From Spirochaetia bacterium (lineage in GTDB: Bacteria > Spirochaetota > Spirochaetia > CADAEX01): 32,715 nt of DNA. Under the pieces are notes generated by a model, which saw only the letters and a program-made list of their open reading frames with translations, ran no database searches and was not told the origin of the DNA. A program made the position numbers and the translations under genes. Below are positions 1 to 9,815 of the stretch, piece by piece. How positions within the stretch are numbered: position 1 is the stretch's first letter; every line of letters starts with the position of its first letter. Location of the stretch: the NCBI GenBank assembly GCA_963662265.2, contig CAXXHA010000038.1:1-32715 (forward strand), given 5' to 3'.

Positions 1-1201
1 AATGACAGGTCTGGAAATCAGATAATTCCGGGGGCAACTCATGAAAGCGGGGAATTCAGGGAGATTACGCCGGGATTCATGCCGGGGCAGGATTTCAGGA
101 CCGGAAGGCAGTTTATCCCTGACAGCAGCGGAACAGGAATGATGAGAAACAACAGGGCTGTAAGGCAGTATATGCAGAACCGGCTCAACACAATGCTGCC
201 TGAACAGTTTATTATCAGGCCTGTGATAGCAGACAGGCAGGTTAAGGCTTTTGTCAAGGTTAAATCGCTGAAACTGAAATTCTACAGCAATGCAAACAGG
301 CGTTTTATTAATTCCATAATCATAACAGTACTTGCGGGAACTCTCGCGGCGCTTGTAATTGCAGTCTTCTCATCATGGTTTATATCAAACAAGCTGACCC
401 GCGATGCTGCAGCCCTCTCAACAGGGCTTAACCGCCTTGCCGGCGGGAGAAGAGATGTAATATTTCCGGATAAAGGCTCGGAGGAAATACTATCAATCTC
501 AGAAAGCGCAGCTGTCCTCCAGAAGGAACTAATACATGACGAGGAAAGGAGAAAACAGTGGGCCCAGGATATTGCGCATGACCTTCGGACCCCGATAACA
601 GCTGTAAAAGCCCAGGTTGAAGCTCTGAAAGACGGAGTATTCAAACCGGATTCTGAAAGATTCAGCAAGGTACTGAAGGAACTCGGGCATCTTGAAACAC
701 TTGTGGAAGACTATGAACAGCCTCAGCAAAATAGAATCAGAGCAGAACAGTCTCAATATTTCCCCGGTCAGCACATTGGATATAAAGGGAATTCTGAAAG
801 AAAGGTTTGACCTGCTTGCTGAGGAGAAGAAAATAGATTTCATTTTAGAGGCAGAAAATTTTTCAGTTGAATGCGACCTGCACCTCCTGATAAGGGCGCT
901 CAGTAACCTTGCCCAGAACAGCATAAATTATTCAGCTGCTGATTCATCTGTAAAAGTCAACATGCTTAAAAAGGAAGATTCTGCTGTTTTCATTTTTGAA
1001 AACCCGGGTAACATTGAAGAAACAGAGATTGAAAAAATCTTTGACCGGCTTTACAGGGGAGAGACAGGAAGGAGTTCAGAAGGCTCGGGACTGGGCCTTA
1101 CTATTGCATCTGCTATTATCCGGAGGCATGGCGGCGGAATTGCGGCTGAAAACAGGGGAAAAAGTATTATATTCACTGTCAGCATACCCATCAGGCTATG
1201 A
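1..1201 (+). pseudogene. Two-component sensor histidine kinase (TM-HAMP-HisKA-HATPase, BaeS-like); 5'-partial and split by a frameshift near 712
   Basis: Frame 1 is open from base 1 and has a TM helix, HAMP and the H-box IAHDLRTP. ORF 692-1201 carries the N-box (LSNLAQNSINY), F-box (IFDRLYRG) and G2 (GSGLGL). Removing one base at GAC-T-ATG (709-715) joins the frames. May be a sequencing error. Confidence 0.8.
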
Positions 1202-1207
1202 ACAGGT

Positions 1208-1840
1208 CTAACTCAGGAAGAAATCCTCAAGCTCCTCTATGGATCTGAATATAAAATCAGGATCTGTATCAAGCATATTATCATAACTATGCCAGCCATA
1301 AGTGACAGCTGCAGTATTTACGCCGGCTTTCTTCCCTTCAATAATATCTCCTCTGGTATCACCAATCATCCATGTTTCTTCCGGTGAAAAACTGTACTTT
1401 TCCATGAGATACTTTATTTTCTCAGACTTGCTTCCCGGTATATCACCCCCGATAATTTCTGTAACATAATTATCAAGCCCCTCTGCCTTGAATTTCCTGC
1501 CGACAAGGCTGCTTCCATTTGCAGTATTTATACAGACAGTATTTCCCCTGCTGTAAAGCAGTTTCAGGACTTTATCAATGTTTTTAAAAAATGGAATATT
1601 CATTGAGTTTGCAGCCATATCTGAATAGACACATTCCAGGTACTTTGCTGATTCATCCCTGGAGCTTCCGGATTTTTCAAGAATACCATCCATTGTCACA
1701 TGTTCCAGCTGATTCACATTTTCCTTTGTCATTTTATAGAGAAAACCATATTCATCACCAAGCTTATCAAGAACATCAATCCAGATATCAAGAGAATCTG
1801 CAATAACACCGTCATAATCAAATATATATAGTTGTCCCAT
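1208..1840 (-). CDS. HAD-family hydrolase (phosphoglycolate phosphatase-like)
   Basis: Motifs FDYDGVIADS (I), NTAN (II), K (III), IGDTRGD (IV) and AVTYG. Confidence 0.85.
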   Translation of the reverse strand: MGQLYIFDYDGVIADSLDIWIDVLDKLGDEYGFLYKMTKENVNQLEHVTMDGILEKSGSSRDESAKYLECVYSDMAANSMNIPFFKNIDKVLKLLYSRGNTVCINTANGSSLVGRKFKAEGLDNYVTEIIGGDIPGSKSEKIKYLMEKYSFSPEETWMIGDTRGDIIEGKKAGVNTAAVTYGWHSYDNMLDTDPDFIFRSIEELEDFFLS

Positions 1841-1868
1841 AATACACCACCAATTTTAAAAACTCTTA

Positions 1869-1897
1869 TTGATATTTTCCCTACAAAAATGTAGCAT
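1869..1897 (+). promoter_or_regulatory. Putative sigma70 promoter of the activator gene, overlapped by a CTACA-N4-TGTAG palindrome (1881-1894)
   Basis: TTGATA (1869-1874), 17-bp spacer, TAGCAT (1892-1897). The palindrome matches the sites at 3460 and 3489. Confidence 0.55.
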
Positions 1898-1903
1898 ATT
1901 ATC

Positions 1904-3457
1904 ATGAGTGACTCAATTCCTTCCAAACATTATAGACGTAAACTTCAGGAACTGTCTCTGCTGTTCGACATAAGCCAGTTTCTTCAGGAATCTGAAGACA
2001 TACAGACTGCTCTTTCCCCGATAATCAGACACACAATAAAATCAATGGAAATGTATCAGGGTGTAATAACACTTCTCAACAGGCAGACAGGAGAAATTTC
2101 AATTGACGCTTCCTACGGAATTGCAGAAGACCATGCGGAAAAAGTCAAATTCCAGGTAGGAGAAGGAATAACAGGAACTGTAATCAAAACCGGTGAAAAA
2201 ATCACCATAGAAGATGTAACTAAGGATCCCAGATTTCTGGATAAAACACGGTCAAAAAAAAGATGGAGCAACCACTCATTTATCTGTGTTCCTATAAAAA
2301 TAGGTACAGAAACAATAGGTACCATAAGCGCGCAGAGAAAAAGAACATCTGATCTTGTTCTTGAGGAAGATGCGAAACTTCTTTCTATAATTGGATCACT
2401 GATAGCGTTATCTGTACAGCTGAGAAGATCCTCCCAGGAGAAACAGGAGGAACTGAAGAGTGAAAACTTAAGGCTTCAGAATGAACTCAAGAGTAAATTC
2501 ACCCCGAAAAACATTATTGGAAGTTCTACTGCAATGCAGGAGGTATTTGATCTTATTGCCCAGGTATCAAAGAGCGAGGCAACAGTCCTTATCAGAGGGG
2601 AATCAGGAACAGGTAAGGAACTCATTGCCCATTCAATACACTACAACAGCATGAGAAGCGATAAACCGTTTATCAAGGTAAACTGTGCAGCCCTTCCGGA
2701 AACAATAATTGAAAGCGAACTTTTCGGACATGAAAAAGGCGCATTTACAAGTGCGATTGCTGCAAGAAAAGGAAGATTTGAGCTTGCAAACGGAGGGACA
2801 ATTTTTCTCGATGAAATAGGCGACCTTTCCCCGACAACCCAGGTAAAACTACTCAGGGTTCTCCAGGAAAAGGAATTTGAAAGGGTCGGGGGAACTGAAA
2901 CAATCAAGACAAATGTCAGGATTGTCGCTGCAACAAACAGGGACCTTGAAGCATTGATGATTGAAAACAAATTCAGGGAAGACCTATATTACAGGCTCAA
3001 TGTATTCCCGGTACATGTCCCCCCCCTGAGAGACAGGAAAAGCGATATAATGCTTCTTGCAGACTACTTCACAGAAAAATACAGCAAAAGAAACGGTAAA
3101 GATATAAAAAGGATATCAACACCGGCAATTCAGCTGCTTACAAGCTACCACTGGCCCGGTAATGTAAGGGAACTTGAAAACTGCATAGAAAGAGCTGTAC
3201 TTCTTAGCTATGATGAAGTTATTCATGGGAATCTGCTCCCCCCCAGTCTTCAGAGTGCAGAATCCACAGGAACAGAAATAGACAACACGCTTCAGCAGGC
3301 TCTTGATAACCTGGAGAAAGAACTGATCATGGACGCGCTTAAATCTGCAAAAGGCAATCTTACCAAGGCTTCCAAAATTCTTGGAATAAGTGAAAGAATT
3401 ATAGGACTGCGGAAGAAAAAGTATAAAATTAAACCTGAAAAATTCAAATCATCATAG
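1904..3457 (+). CDS. NifA-like sigma54-dependent activator (GAF-AAA+-Fis HTH)
   Basis: N-terminal GAF domain, Walker A GESGTGKE, ESELFGHEKGAFTSA, Walker B FLDEIG, WPGNVREL and a C-terminal HTH. Confidence 0.92.
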   Translation: MSDSIPSKHYRRKLQELSLLFDISQFLQESEDIQTALSPIIRHTIKSMEMYQGVITLLNRQTGEISIDASYGIAEDHAEKVKFQVGEGITGTVIKTGEKITIEDVTKDPRFLDKTRSKKRWSNHSFICVPIKIGTETIGTISAQRKRTSDLVLEEDAKLLSIIGSLIALSVQLRRSSQEKQEELKSENLRLQNELKSKFTPKNIIGSSTAMQEVFDLIAQVSKSEATVLIRGESGTGKELIAHSIHYNSMRSDKPFIKVNCAALPETIIESELFGHEKGAFTSAIAARKGRFELANGGTIFLDEIGDLSPTTQVKLLRVLQEKEFERVGGTETIKTNVRIVAATNRDLEALMIENKFREDLYYRLNVFPVHVPPLRDRKSDIMLLADYFTEKYSKRNGKDIKRISTPAIQLLTSYHWPGNVRELENCIERAVLLSYDEVIHGNLLPPSLQSAESTGTEIDNTLQQALDNLEKELIMDALKSAKGNLTKASKILGISERIIGLRKKKYKIKPEKFKSS

Positions 3458-3459
3458 TG

Positions 3460-3502
3460 TTACAATTATGTAGGATTTAGACCATATACTACATAATTGT
3501 AG
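3460..3502. promoter_or_regulatory. Paired upstream activator sites (TACA-N4-TGTAG twice)
   Basis: TTACAATTATGTAG (3460-3473) and CTACATAATTGTAG (3489-3502). Together they form a perfect 13-bp inverted repeat 110-150 bp upstream of the sigma54 promoter. Confidence 0.7.
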
Positions 3503-3611
3503 TATCAAGCTTTATCATCAGGGACTACTGAAATAACACTGCTTCAAATGAATTATTCTATTTCCTTATAAACTAAGTATTTAAAAATATTTCTCGCTAT
3601 CAATTTATTTT

Positions 3612-3627
3612 TGGCACAACAATTGCA
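3612..3627 (+). promoter_or_regulatory. sigma54 (-24/-12) promoter of glutamine synthetase
   Basis: TGGCAC-AACAA-TTGCA is an exact consensus match. RBS AGGAGG at 3652-3657. Confidence 0.9.
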
Positions 3628-3668
3628 TTTAGTAAATTATATATATCCATCAGGAGGTCATAGTAACA

Positions 3669-5798
3669 ATGGATGAAAATATTATTGATTTTAAAAAAAC
3701 ACCGCTCCCTGAAATTTACGGCGTAAACTGCTTTAACGATGCATTAATGAGAGAGCGTCTTCCAAAGAGTATTTACAAAGAACTCAAGGAAGTACAGAAA
3801 GGTAAAAAGGAACTATCACTCGAAATCGCGGAAGTTGTTGCCAGTACAATGAAAGACTGGGCAATAGAAAACGGAGCAACGCATTTCACTCACTGGTTCC
3901 AGCCAATGACCGGCCTGACTGCTGAAAAACATGACTCATTTATAAACCCGACACCTGACGGAAAAGTTATACTTGAATTCTCAGGAAAAGAGCTTATTAA
4001 AGGGGAACCTGATGCATCTTCATTTCCGAGCGGGGGATTAAGAGTTACATTCGAGGCAAGGGGATATACTGCATGGGACACAACTTCACCTGCTTTCCTG
4101 ATGAAAGACAATACAGGTGTTACTCTTAAAATTCCAACAGCATTTTTCTCCTATACCGGTGAAGCGCTTGATAAAAAAGTACCGCTCCTCAGATCAATGG
4201 AAACAATAAACAAAGAGTCACTGAGACTCCTGAGAGCTATAGGAAATACAACATCAGCAAGAGTTGACTCCACAGCAGGAGCTGAACAGGAATATTTCCT
4301 CATTGACAGCAGCTTTATGGAATCAAGGCCGGACCTTCTTCTTGCGGGAAGAACACTTTTCGGTGCAAAACCTGCAAAGGGACAGGAAATGGAAGATCAC
4401 TATTTCGGTTCCATAAAACTCAGAGTTGCAGATTTCATGAGAGAACTGAACTGCGAATTATGGAAACTCGGTATAAGCGCAAAAACACAGCATAATGAGG
4501 TCGCCCCGAATCAGTTTGAACTTGCACCGATTTTTACAACAGTGAATGTTGCAACAGATACAAACCAGCTTACAATGGAAGTGCTTCAGAAAGTAGCAAG
4601 CAGACACGGTCTTGTAGCGCTGCTTCACGAAAAACCATTTGCAGGAGTAAACGGTTCAGGAAAACACAACAACTGGTCTCTCTCAACAGACGACGGAATC
4701 AACCTGCTTGAGCCGGGTGATGATCCAAAATCAAATATGCAGTTTCTCCTGGTTGTATCTGCTATTATAAGAGCTGTGGACAAGTATGCCACATTACTGA
4801 GATTTTCCGCAGCAAATGCAGGAAATGACCACAGACTTGGAGCAAACGAAGCGCCTCCGGCTATTATTTCAATATTCCTCGGAGAGGAACTCACAGATAT
4901 TTTTGAAAAAATGGCAGAGGGCAAACTTTCAGAATCATCAGGCGGCGGATTAATGGAACTGGGAATCAGTTCTCTTCCAAAACTGCCTAAAGATTCAACA
5001 GACAGAAACAGGACATCGCCGTTTGCATTTACAGGAAATAAATTCGAGTTCAGAATGGTACCTTCATCTGCATCAATAGCAATGCCGAACACTGTACTCA
5101 ACACTGTGGTGGCAGAGATTTTCAGCGAAATTTCAGAGAGGCTTGAAAAATCAGATGATATAAACAAAACTGCCAGGGAAGTAATCACTGAATTCTATAC
5201 AAATCACAAGAGGATTATTTTCAACGGCAACGGATATTCTGAAGAATGGATTAAGGAGGCTGAAAAAAGAGGTCTTCCAAACCTGAAATCAACAGTTGAT
5301 TCAATCCCTGAAATAGAAAAACCTGAAGCTGTAAAACTTTTTACAAAACACAGTGTTTTTTCAAAAGAGGAGCTGGAATCAAGATGTACAATATATCTTG
5401 AAAAATACAGCAAGCAGATCAATATTGAAGCGGGAATCATGATAGATATGACAAGAAAAAGCATAATACCTGCCATAATTGAGTATATGGATACAATTGC
5501 AACATCTATTTCTTCATTGAAAGATGCGGGAGTCAAGGCGCCTGTCACAGCACAGAGCAAACTGCTTGAATACCTGCTTGAAAATTTCAACGGACTTTCT
5601 GAATCTGTTGATGAACTTGAAATAAAGCTGAAAAAAGCTCAGGATATTATAAACACTGAAAAACAGGCAAGATGCTATCATGATGATGTTTTCCCGGCAA
5701 TGGAAAAACTCAGATCCTACAGTGATGCTCTTGAAGAAAAAACAGACCTTGATATATGGCCTTTTGCAAGTTATCAGGATCTTTTATTTAAAATATAA
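3669..5798 (+). CDS. glnA: Glutamine synthetase type III
   Basis: 709 aa with GSIII motifs HWFQPMTGLTAEKHDSF, EPDASSFPSGG, HEKPFAGVNGSGKHNNWS and DRNRTSPFAFTGNKFEFR. Confidence 0.96.
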   Translation: MDENIIDFKKTPLPEIYGVNCFNDALMRERLPKSIYKELKEVQKGKKELSLEIAEVVASTMKDWAIENGATHFTHWFQPMTGLTAEKHDSFINPTPDGKVILEFSGKELIKGEPDASSFPSGGLRVTFEARGYTAWDTTSPAFLMKDNTGVTLKIPTAFFSYTGEALDKKVPLLRSMETINKESLRLLRAIGNTTSARVDSTAGAEQEYFLIDSSFMESRPDLLLAGRTLFGAKPAKGQEMEDHYFGSIKLRVADFMRELNCELWKLGISAKTQHNEVAPNQFELAPIFTTVNVATDTNQLTMEVLQKVASRHGLVALLHEKPFAGVNGSGKHNNWSLSTDDGINLLEPGDDPKSNMQFLLVVSAIIRAVDKYATLLRFSAANAGNDHRLGANEAPPAIISIFLGEELTDIFEKMAEGKLSESSGGGLMELGISSLPKLPKDSTDRNRTSPFAFTGNKFEFRMVPSSASIAMPNTVLNTVVAEIFSEISERLEKSDDINKTAREVITEFYTNHKRIIFNGNGYSEEWIKEAEKRGLPNLKSTVDSIPEIEKPEAVKLFTKHSVFSKEELESRCTIYLEKYSKQINIEAGIMIDMTRKSIIPAIIEYMDTIATSISSLKDAGVKAPVTAQSKLLEYLLENFNGLSESVDELEIKLKKAQDIINTEKQARCYHDDVFPAMEKLRSYSDALEEKTDLDIWPFASYQDLLFKI

Positions 5799-5825
5799 AC
5801 AGCAATTCCTCAGGATATATACATT

Positions 5826-5853
5826 ACCGCCCTTAATCGGGCGGTTTTTTTTT
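5826..5853 (+). terminator. Rho-independent terminator of glnA
   Basis: ACCGCCC-TTAATC-GGGCGGT followed by a T run. Confidence 0.9.
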
Positions 5854-5935
5854 GTATGCGGTTTTCAAGGCATTAAATATCTGTCAGTTTTTTTACACAG
5901 GCTGATCCTGTATTTTTATTTATTCAGGCTGATAA

Positions 5936-8311
5936 TCAATTCTCTTTTTCAATTAATTCAGAAATTCTTGAGATCAGTTCCCTGCTCTTGAAAGGCTTTC
6001 CAAGTATTTCGTGATTATCTGCAGAATCAAGCTCCCTCTCGGCATAACCGCTTATAAAGAGGACCGGAATGTTTTTCCCGGATTTTCTTATCTGCTCAAC
6101 AGCTTCCTTACCCGATATTCCCGGCATAAAAAGATCAATAACCATGAGATCAAGCTTCTTATCATAATCCCTGACAAACTTAACAGCCTCAAGACCGTTT
6201 GAAGCTGTAAAAACAGTATAACCTGCCTTTTCAAGCATTATTTTACCGAGAGATACAATCAGCTCCTCGTCATCGACAAAGAGAATTGATCCTGACTTCA
6301 ATTGCTTCTCACCATTTGGACTTCTTATTTCAGGCTGAATCATTGCAGCCTCAGGAATATTAACAGTAAAGATGCTTCCTTTCCCCTCTTCTGATTCAAC
6401 ATGGATAAATCCCTTGTGATTCATTACAATGCTGTAACTGATGGAAAGCCCCATGCCGGAAGCCTCACCTTTTTTTCTTGTCGAATAAAAAGGTTCAAAA
6501 ATTTTCCTAAGCTGATCATCCGGAATGCCGGAACCGCTGTCTTTAATTCTGATATAAACATACTTTCCCGGGCCGGCTTCCGGATATGCCCTGACATCAT
6601 CCTCACTGTATTCAACAGAACCTGTTGATATCTCGACATTTCCTGTTCCGTTAATAGCTTCCCTGGCATTCACTGCAAGATTAATAATAACCTGTTCAAG
6701 CTGGCTTTCATCACCTATACACTCGGGATCTGTACCATCATCCGATATATGAAGCTTTATGTTATGATTAAATATTTCATTCAGTATATTCTCAAGATCA
6801 CTAACAAGTGATTTTACATTCACAAGGACAGGCTCTGTCATCCTGTTGTCCTTACTGAAAATCTTGAGGTGGCGAGTCAGTATGCCTGCCCTCTTTGATG
6901 AATCAACCATATTACCCAGAACATCTCTGACCTCTTCCTCATCAAGCCCGCCAAGCATGAGATATTCAATATACCCGTTTAAGATCTGCAGTATATTATT
7001 AAGACCGTTTGCTATGCTTCCCGCCAGCTTGGACATCCCTTCAATCCTGAAATAATCAACATTGGGATTGTCCCGGCTGCCGCTCGCTGAAAGATCAAGA
7101 AAACTGATAATAACATTTTTTTCAGCTTCAGATCTGTTCACAGACTTAATCCTGATTTCAAAAAACTGATGCCTGTAAGAGCCCCTGAACAGCCGGCACC
7201 TGCGAATATACTCCTTTTTTTCCCCGCTTATAACATAGGAAAGATTCTCAAACAGGAGATCTGAATCACTTCTATTGAGTATTGAATAAAATACTCCGGG
7301 AAAAGGTTCATAATCACCGTTAAATAAAGACTTTATGAAACTGTTTTCATAAATAAATTTCCCTTCACCATCAAGAACAATAATTCCCAGAGGTATATTC
7401 TGAAAAATCACATTATAATTTTCTATTTCATTACGTATTTCATTCTCAGTTTTTACAGACTCATCAAGAATACTGTTTATGGAATTCCCGATATCCGAAA
7501 GAGTATCTCCTCCAGCAGTATAAATCCTGAGCCCCCTGCTTCCCTTCAGTATCTCTTTAAGAGAATTATTAATATTTTCAGCTCGTTCGTAAAAATAAAA
7601 CCTGTAGTCAGGAAGAATAAAAACAAAAAACATTACAAACCCAACTGCAGCAATAAGAATGAAAACAAATGTGCTTCTGAGAATATGCGAAGTGATTTCT
7701 GAAAAATCATATATCAGCTCAAGGACCCTGACATCACCTGAATTATTTTCCCAAGATATTCCGCTTCCTGAAAACCTGTGATTTCTTATGAAAACAAGCT
7801 GCCTGCAGAAATTTCCGCTGTAGAGAGTCACATCCCGGAGCTCCTTTAACAGAGAATTCTCACTCAAATCAGTATCCATATTCTTATTCTTATACAGAAG
7901 AGATTTTTTTTCTTCACCAGAAAAGGAATAAAGATCTGCAGAAACCAGGTAGCTGCTTTTACTGACTAAAGCTTCAATAAAAGATCGTATATTGCTGCTG
8001 TACAGCCATGTATAAAAGTTTTCGCCATTTTCCTGATGGTAGGAAGATATTTCACTGGCAGCTGTTTCAGTAAAGCTGCTGTCAATATTTTCTGATAAAT
8101 CCATGAGTTTCCTGATAATATCTGCTGAATATGAATAATCTGAAGTCTCAAGATGGATTATCAAATTCCTTATATATTCCGAACTCTCTGATGTGATTTT
8201 CTCTCTGGTGTTTTTAATATAAACAGATGTAAGAAAAACAGATGTTGTCAGCAAGAGGAGAAAAAAAGCAGATACAAATAATATTGTTTTTCTGATTAGC
8301 TTTTTTTTCAT
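5936..8311 (-). CDS. Membrane hybrid histidine kinase-like protein (TM-sensor-TM-PAS-HisKA-HATPase-REC) with a degenerate H-box
   Basis: N-box QVIINLAVNAREA, DSGSGI, IFEPFYST, GMGLS, and REC motifs FVDDE...DLFMP...KPF. The H-box reads IANGLNN instead of IAHDFNN. Confidence 0.88.
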   Translation of the reverse strand: MKKKLIRKTILFVSAFFLLLLTTSVFLTSVYIKNTREKITSESSEYIRNLIIHLETSDYSYSADIIRKLMDLSENIDSSFTETAASEISSYHQENGENFYTWLYSSNIRSFIEALVSKSSYLVSADLYSFSGEEKKSLLYKNKNMDTDLSENSLLKELRDVTLYSGNFCRQLVFIRNHRFSGSGISWENNSGDVRVLELIYDFSEITSHILRSTFVFILIAAVGFVMFFVFILPDYRFYFYERAENINNSLKEILKGSRGLRIYTAGGDTLSDIGNSINSILDESVKTENEIRNEIENYNVIFQNIPLGIIVLDGEGKFIYENSFIKSLFNGDYEPFPGVFYSILNRSDSDLLFENLSYVISGEKKEYIRRCRLFRGSYRHQFFEIRIKSVNRSEAEKNVIISFLDLSASGSRDNPNVDYFRIEGMSKLAGSIANGLNNILQILNGYIEYLMLGGLDEEEVRDVLGNMVDSSKRAGILTRHLKIFSKDNRMTEPVLVNVKSLVSDLENILNEIFNHNIKLHISDDGTDPECIGDESQLEQVIINLAVNAREAINGTGNVEISTGSVEYSEDDVRAYPEAGPGKYVYIRIKDSGSGIPDDQLRKIFEPFYSTRKKGEASGMGLSISYSIVMNHKGFIHVESEEGKGSIFTVNIPEAAMIQPEIRSPNGEKQLKSGSILFVDDEELIVSLGKIMLEKAGYTVFTASNGLEAVKFVRDYDKKLDLMVIDLFMPGISGKEAVEQIRKSGKNIPVLFISGYAERELDSADNHEILGKPFKSRELISRISELIEKEN

Positions 8312-8370
8312 ACTTATTAAATAGTATTATAGAAAACCATATGACACAAGTTTTTTATCATTGTTCTTAA

Positions 8371-8399
8371 TTGACACTGAAAAGTTTTATATGTATCAT
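8371..8399 (+). promoter_or_regulatory. sigma70 promoter of the tRNA
   Basis: TTGACA-17 bp-TATCAT, ending 12 nt before the tRNA. Confidence 0.8.
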
Positions 8400-8411
8400 A
8401 CATTTATATGT

Positions 8412-8485
<74 letters not shown>

Positions 8486-8516
8486 ATACTTAAAGTGCTG
8501 TGGCACAACAAATTAT

Positions 8517-8549
8517 AAAGCTTCCCGTTTACCGGAGAAGCTTTTTTTT
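8517..8549 (+). terminator. Rho-independent terminator after the tRNA
   Basis: AAAGCTTC...GAAGCTTT stem followed by a T run. Confidence 0.75.
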
Positions 8550-8966
8550 GCTCATATTGGTGCGGATTGTGACAAAAATGTGACAGTGTCTTTATTTTTC
8601 TATCAAATTATATTTCACAGGTATTATAATTGGACTTATTGCAACCATGCCCCCTACTCTCACAATTAAAGAAATCCCGCTGTTTTAATTACAGGTAACA
8701 TTGAATCACTTGAACTATCTTACTTTTTTGAATACAATAAAAATATAATAAAAGAGATTTAATATTTTCTATTATCAGTAATAGAAAACGAGCGATGAAA
8801 ACCTGAATATTCAGAAGGCAGCAGACCTTTATCTTCCCCCTGACCTGCCCCTTATTTCTGTATGAACACCAAGTTGCTTTTATAATAAGCAGTTATATGA
8901 GACTATACATCGTATCCAGGATTATATATAATAAAATTTAAATATTTTTTCAAAAGGAGTATCAGT

Positions 8967-9605
8967 TTGATTCCTGATTCCCGAAAATTAAAGCAAGATA
9001 TCTATATGCACCTGGCAAGGATTGGTAAGGCATTATCAAGTCCGGGGCGTCTTCACCTGATTGACCTTTTGTGCGAAGGATCAAAAACAGTTGAACACCT
9101 GGCAGAAGAAACAGGAATGAATTATGCTAATACTTCACGTCATCTTCAAACCTTACTTGAAGCAAGGCTGGTCGGTTTTGAGAAAAAAGGGCTATATTCC
9201 TATTACCAGATTACAGATCCCCTGGTTGAATACATGTTCCAGACAATGCAGGAACTTGGAGAAAAACTGATAAAAGATATAAAAGAACTTGTTGAAGATA
9301 TTTACGGCAAAGACAGCAAAATAGAACATGTAGGCTGCAAAGAGCTTGTAAAGCGAATGCAAAGCGGTAAAGTTACACTGATTGATGTCAGGCCGAAACA
9401 GGAATATGACAAAGATCATCTTCCAGGCGCCAGTTCTATTCCTCTTGAAGAGCTGGAAGAACATTTATCTTCTCTTTCTCCTGACCAGGAGATAATAGCC
9501 TACTGCAGAGGAAGATATTGTCTGTTATCGGTCGAGGCTGTATCAGTTCTCAAGGCAAATGGTTATCATGCAGTTCGCCTTGATGACCGGTGCCTCCCTG
9601 AATAA
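8967..9605 (+). CDS. ArsR/SmtB-family regulator fused to a rhodanese domain
   Basis: KALSSPGRLHLIDLL...TSRHLQTL winged HTH, followed by LIDVRP..EY...HLPGA and the active-site loop AYCRGRYC. TTG start with an AGGAG RBS. Confidence 0.92.
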   Translation: MIPDSRKLKQDIYMHLARIGKALSSPGRLHLIDLLCEGSKTVEHLAEETGMNYANTSRHLQTLLEARLVGFEKKGLYSYYQITDPLVEYMFQTMQELGEKLIKDIKELVEDIYGKDSKIEHVGCKELVKRMQSGKVTLIDVRPKQEYDKDHLPGASSIPLEELEEHLSSLSPDQEIIAYCRGRYCLLSVEAVSVLKANGYHAVRLDDRCLPE

Positions 9606-9815
9606 CCGCATAAATTCCATGATTATCTAAAACCGGGTTGTTATATTTACAACCTGCACATCTTCCACTTCCCCCATATATTAAACAGTCAAAAGAAAAA
9701 TTTCATATAGTCTGTTTTCAAAACTGCAAATAACGTTTAAAACCCTCTGTTCAACCTGATCACAAGATATTTACATTTCATTAATAAATAATTGATATAT
9801 TTTTATCTAAATTAC

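Noticed and set aside
1904-3457. Gene symbol nifA and nitrogen fixation
   Set aside because: No nif genes in the window, and the adjacent sites do not match TGT-N10-ACA.
8501-8516. sigma54-like TGGCACAACAA after the tRNA
   Set aside because: No TTGC at -12 (reads ATTAT), and it lies just before a terminator.
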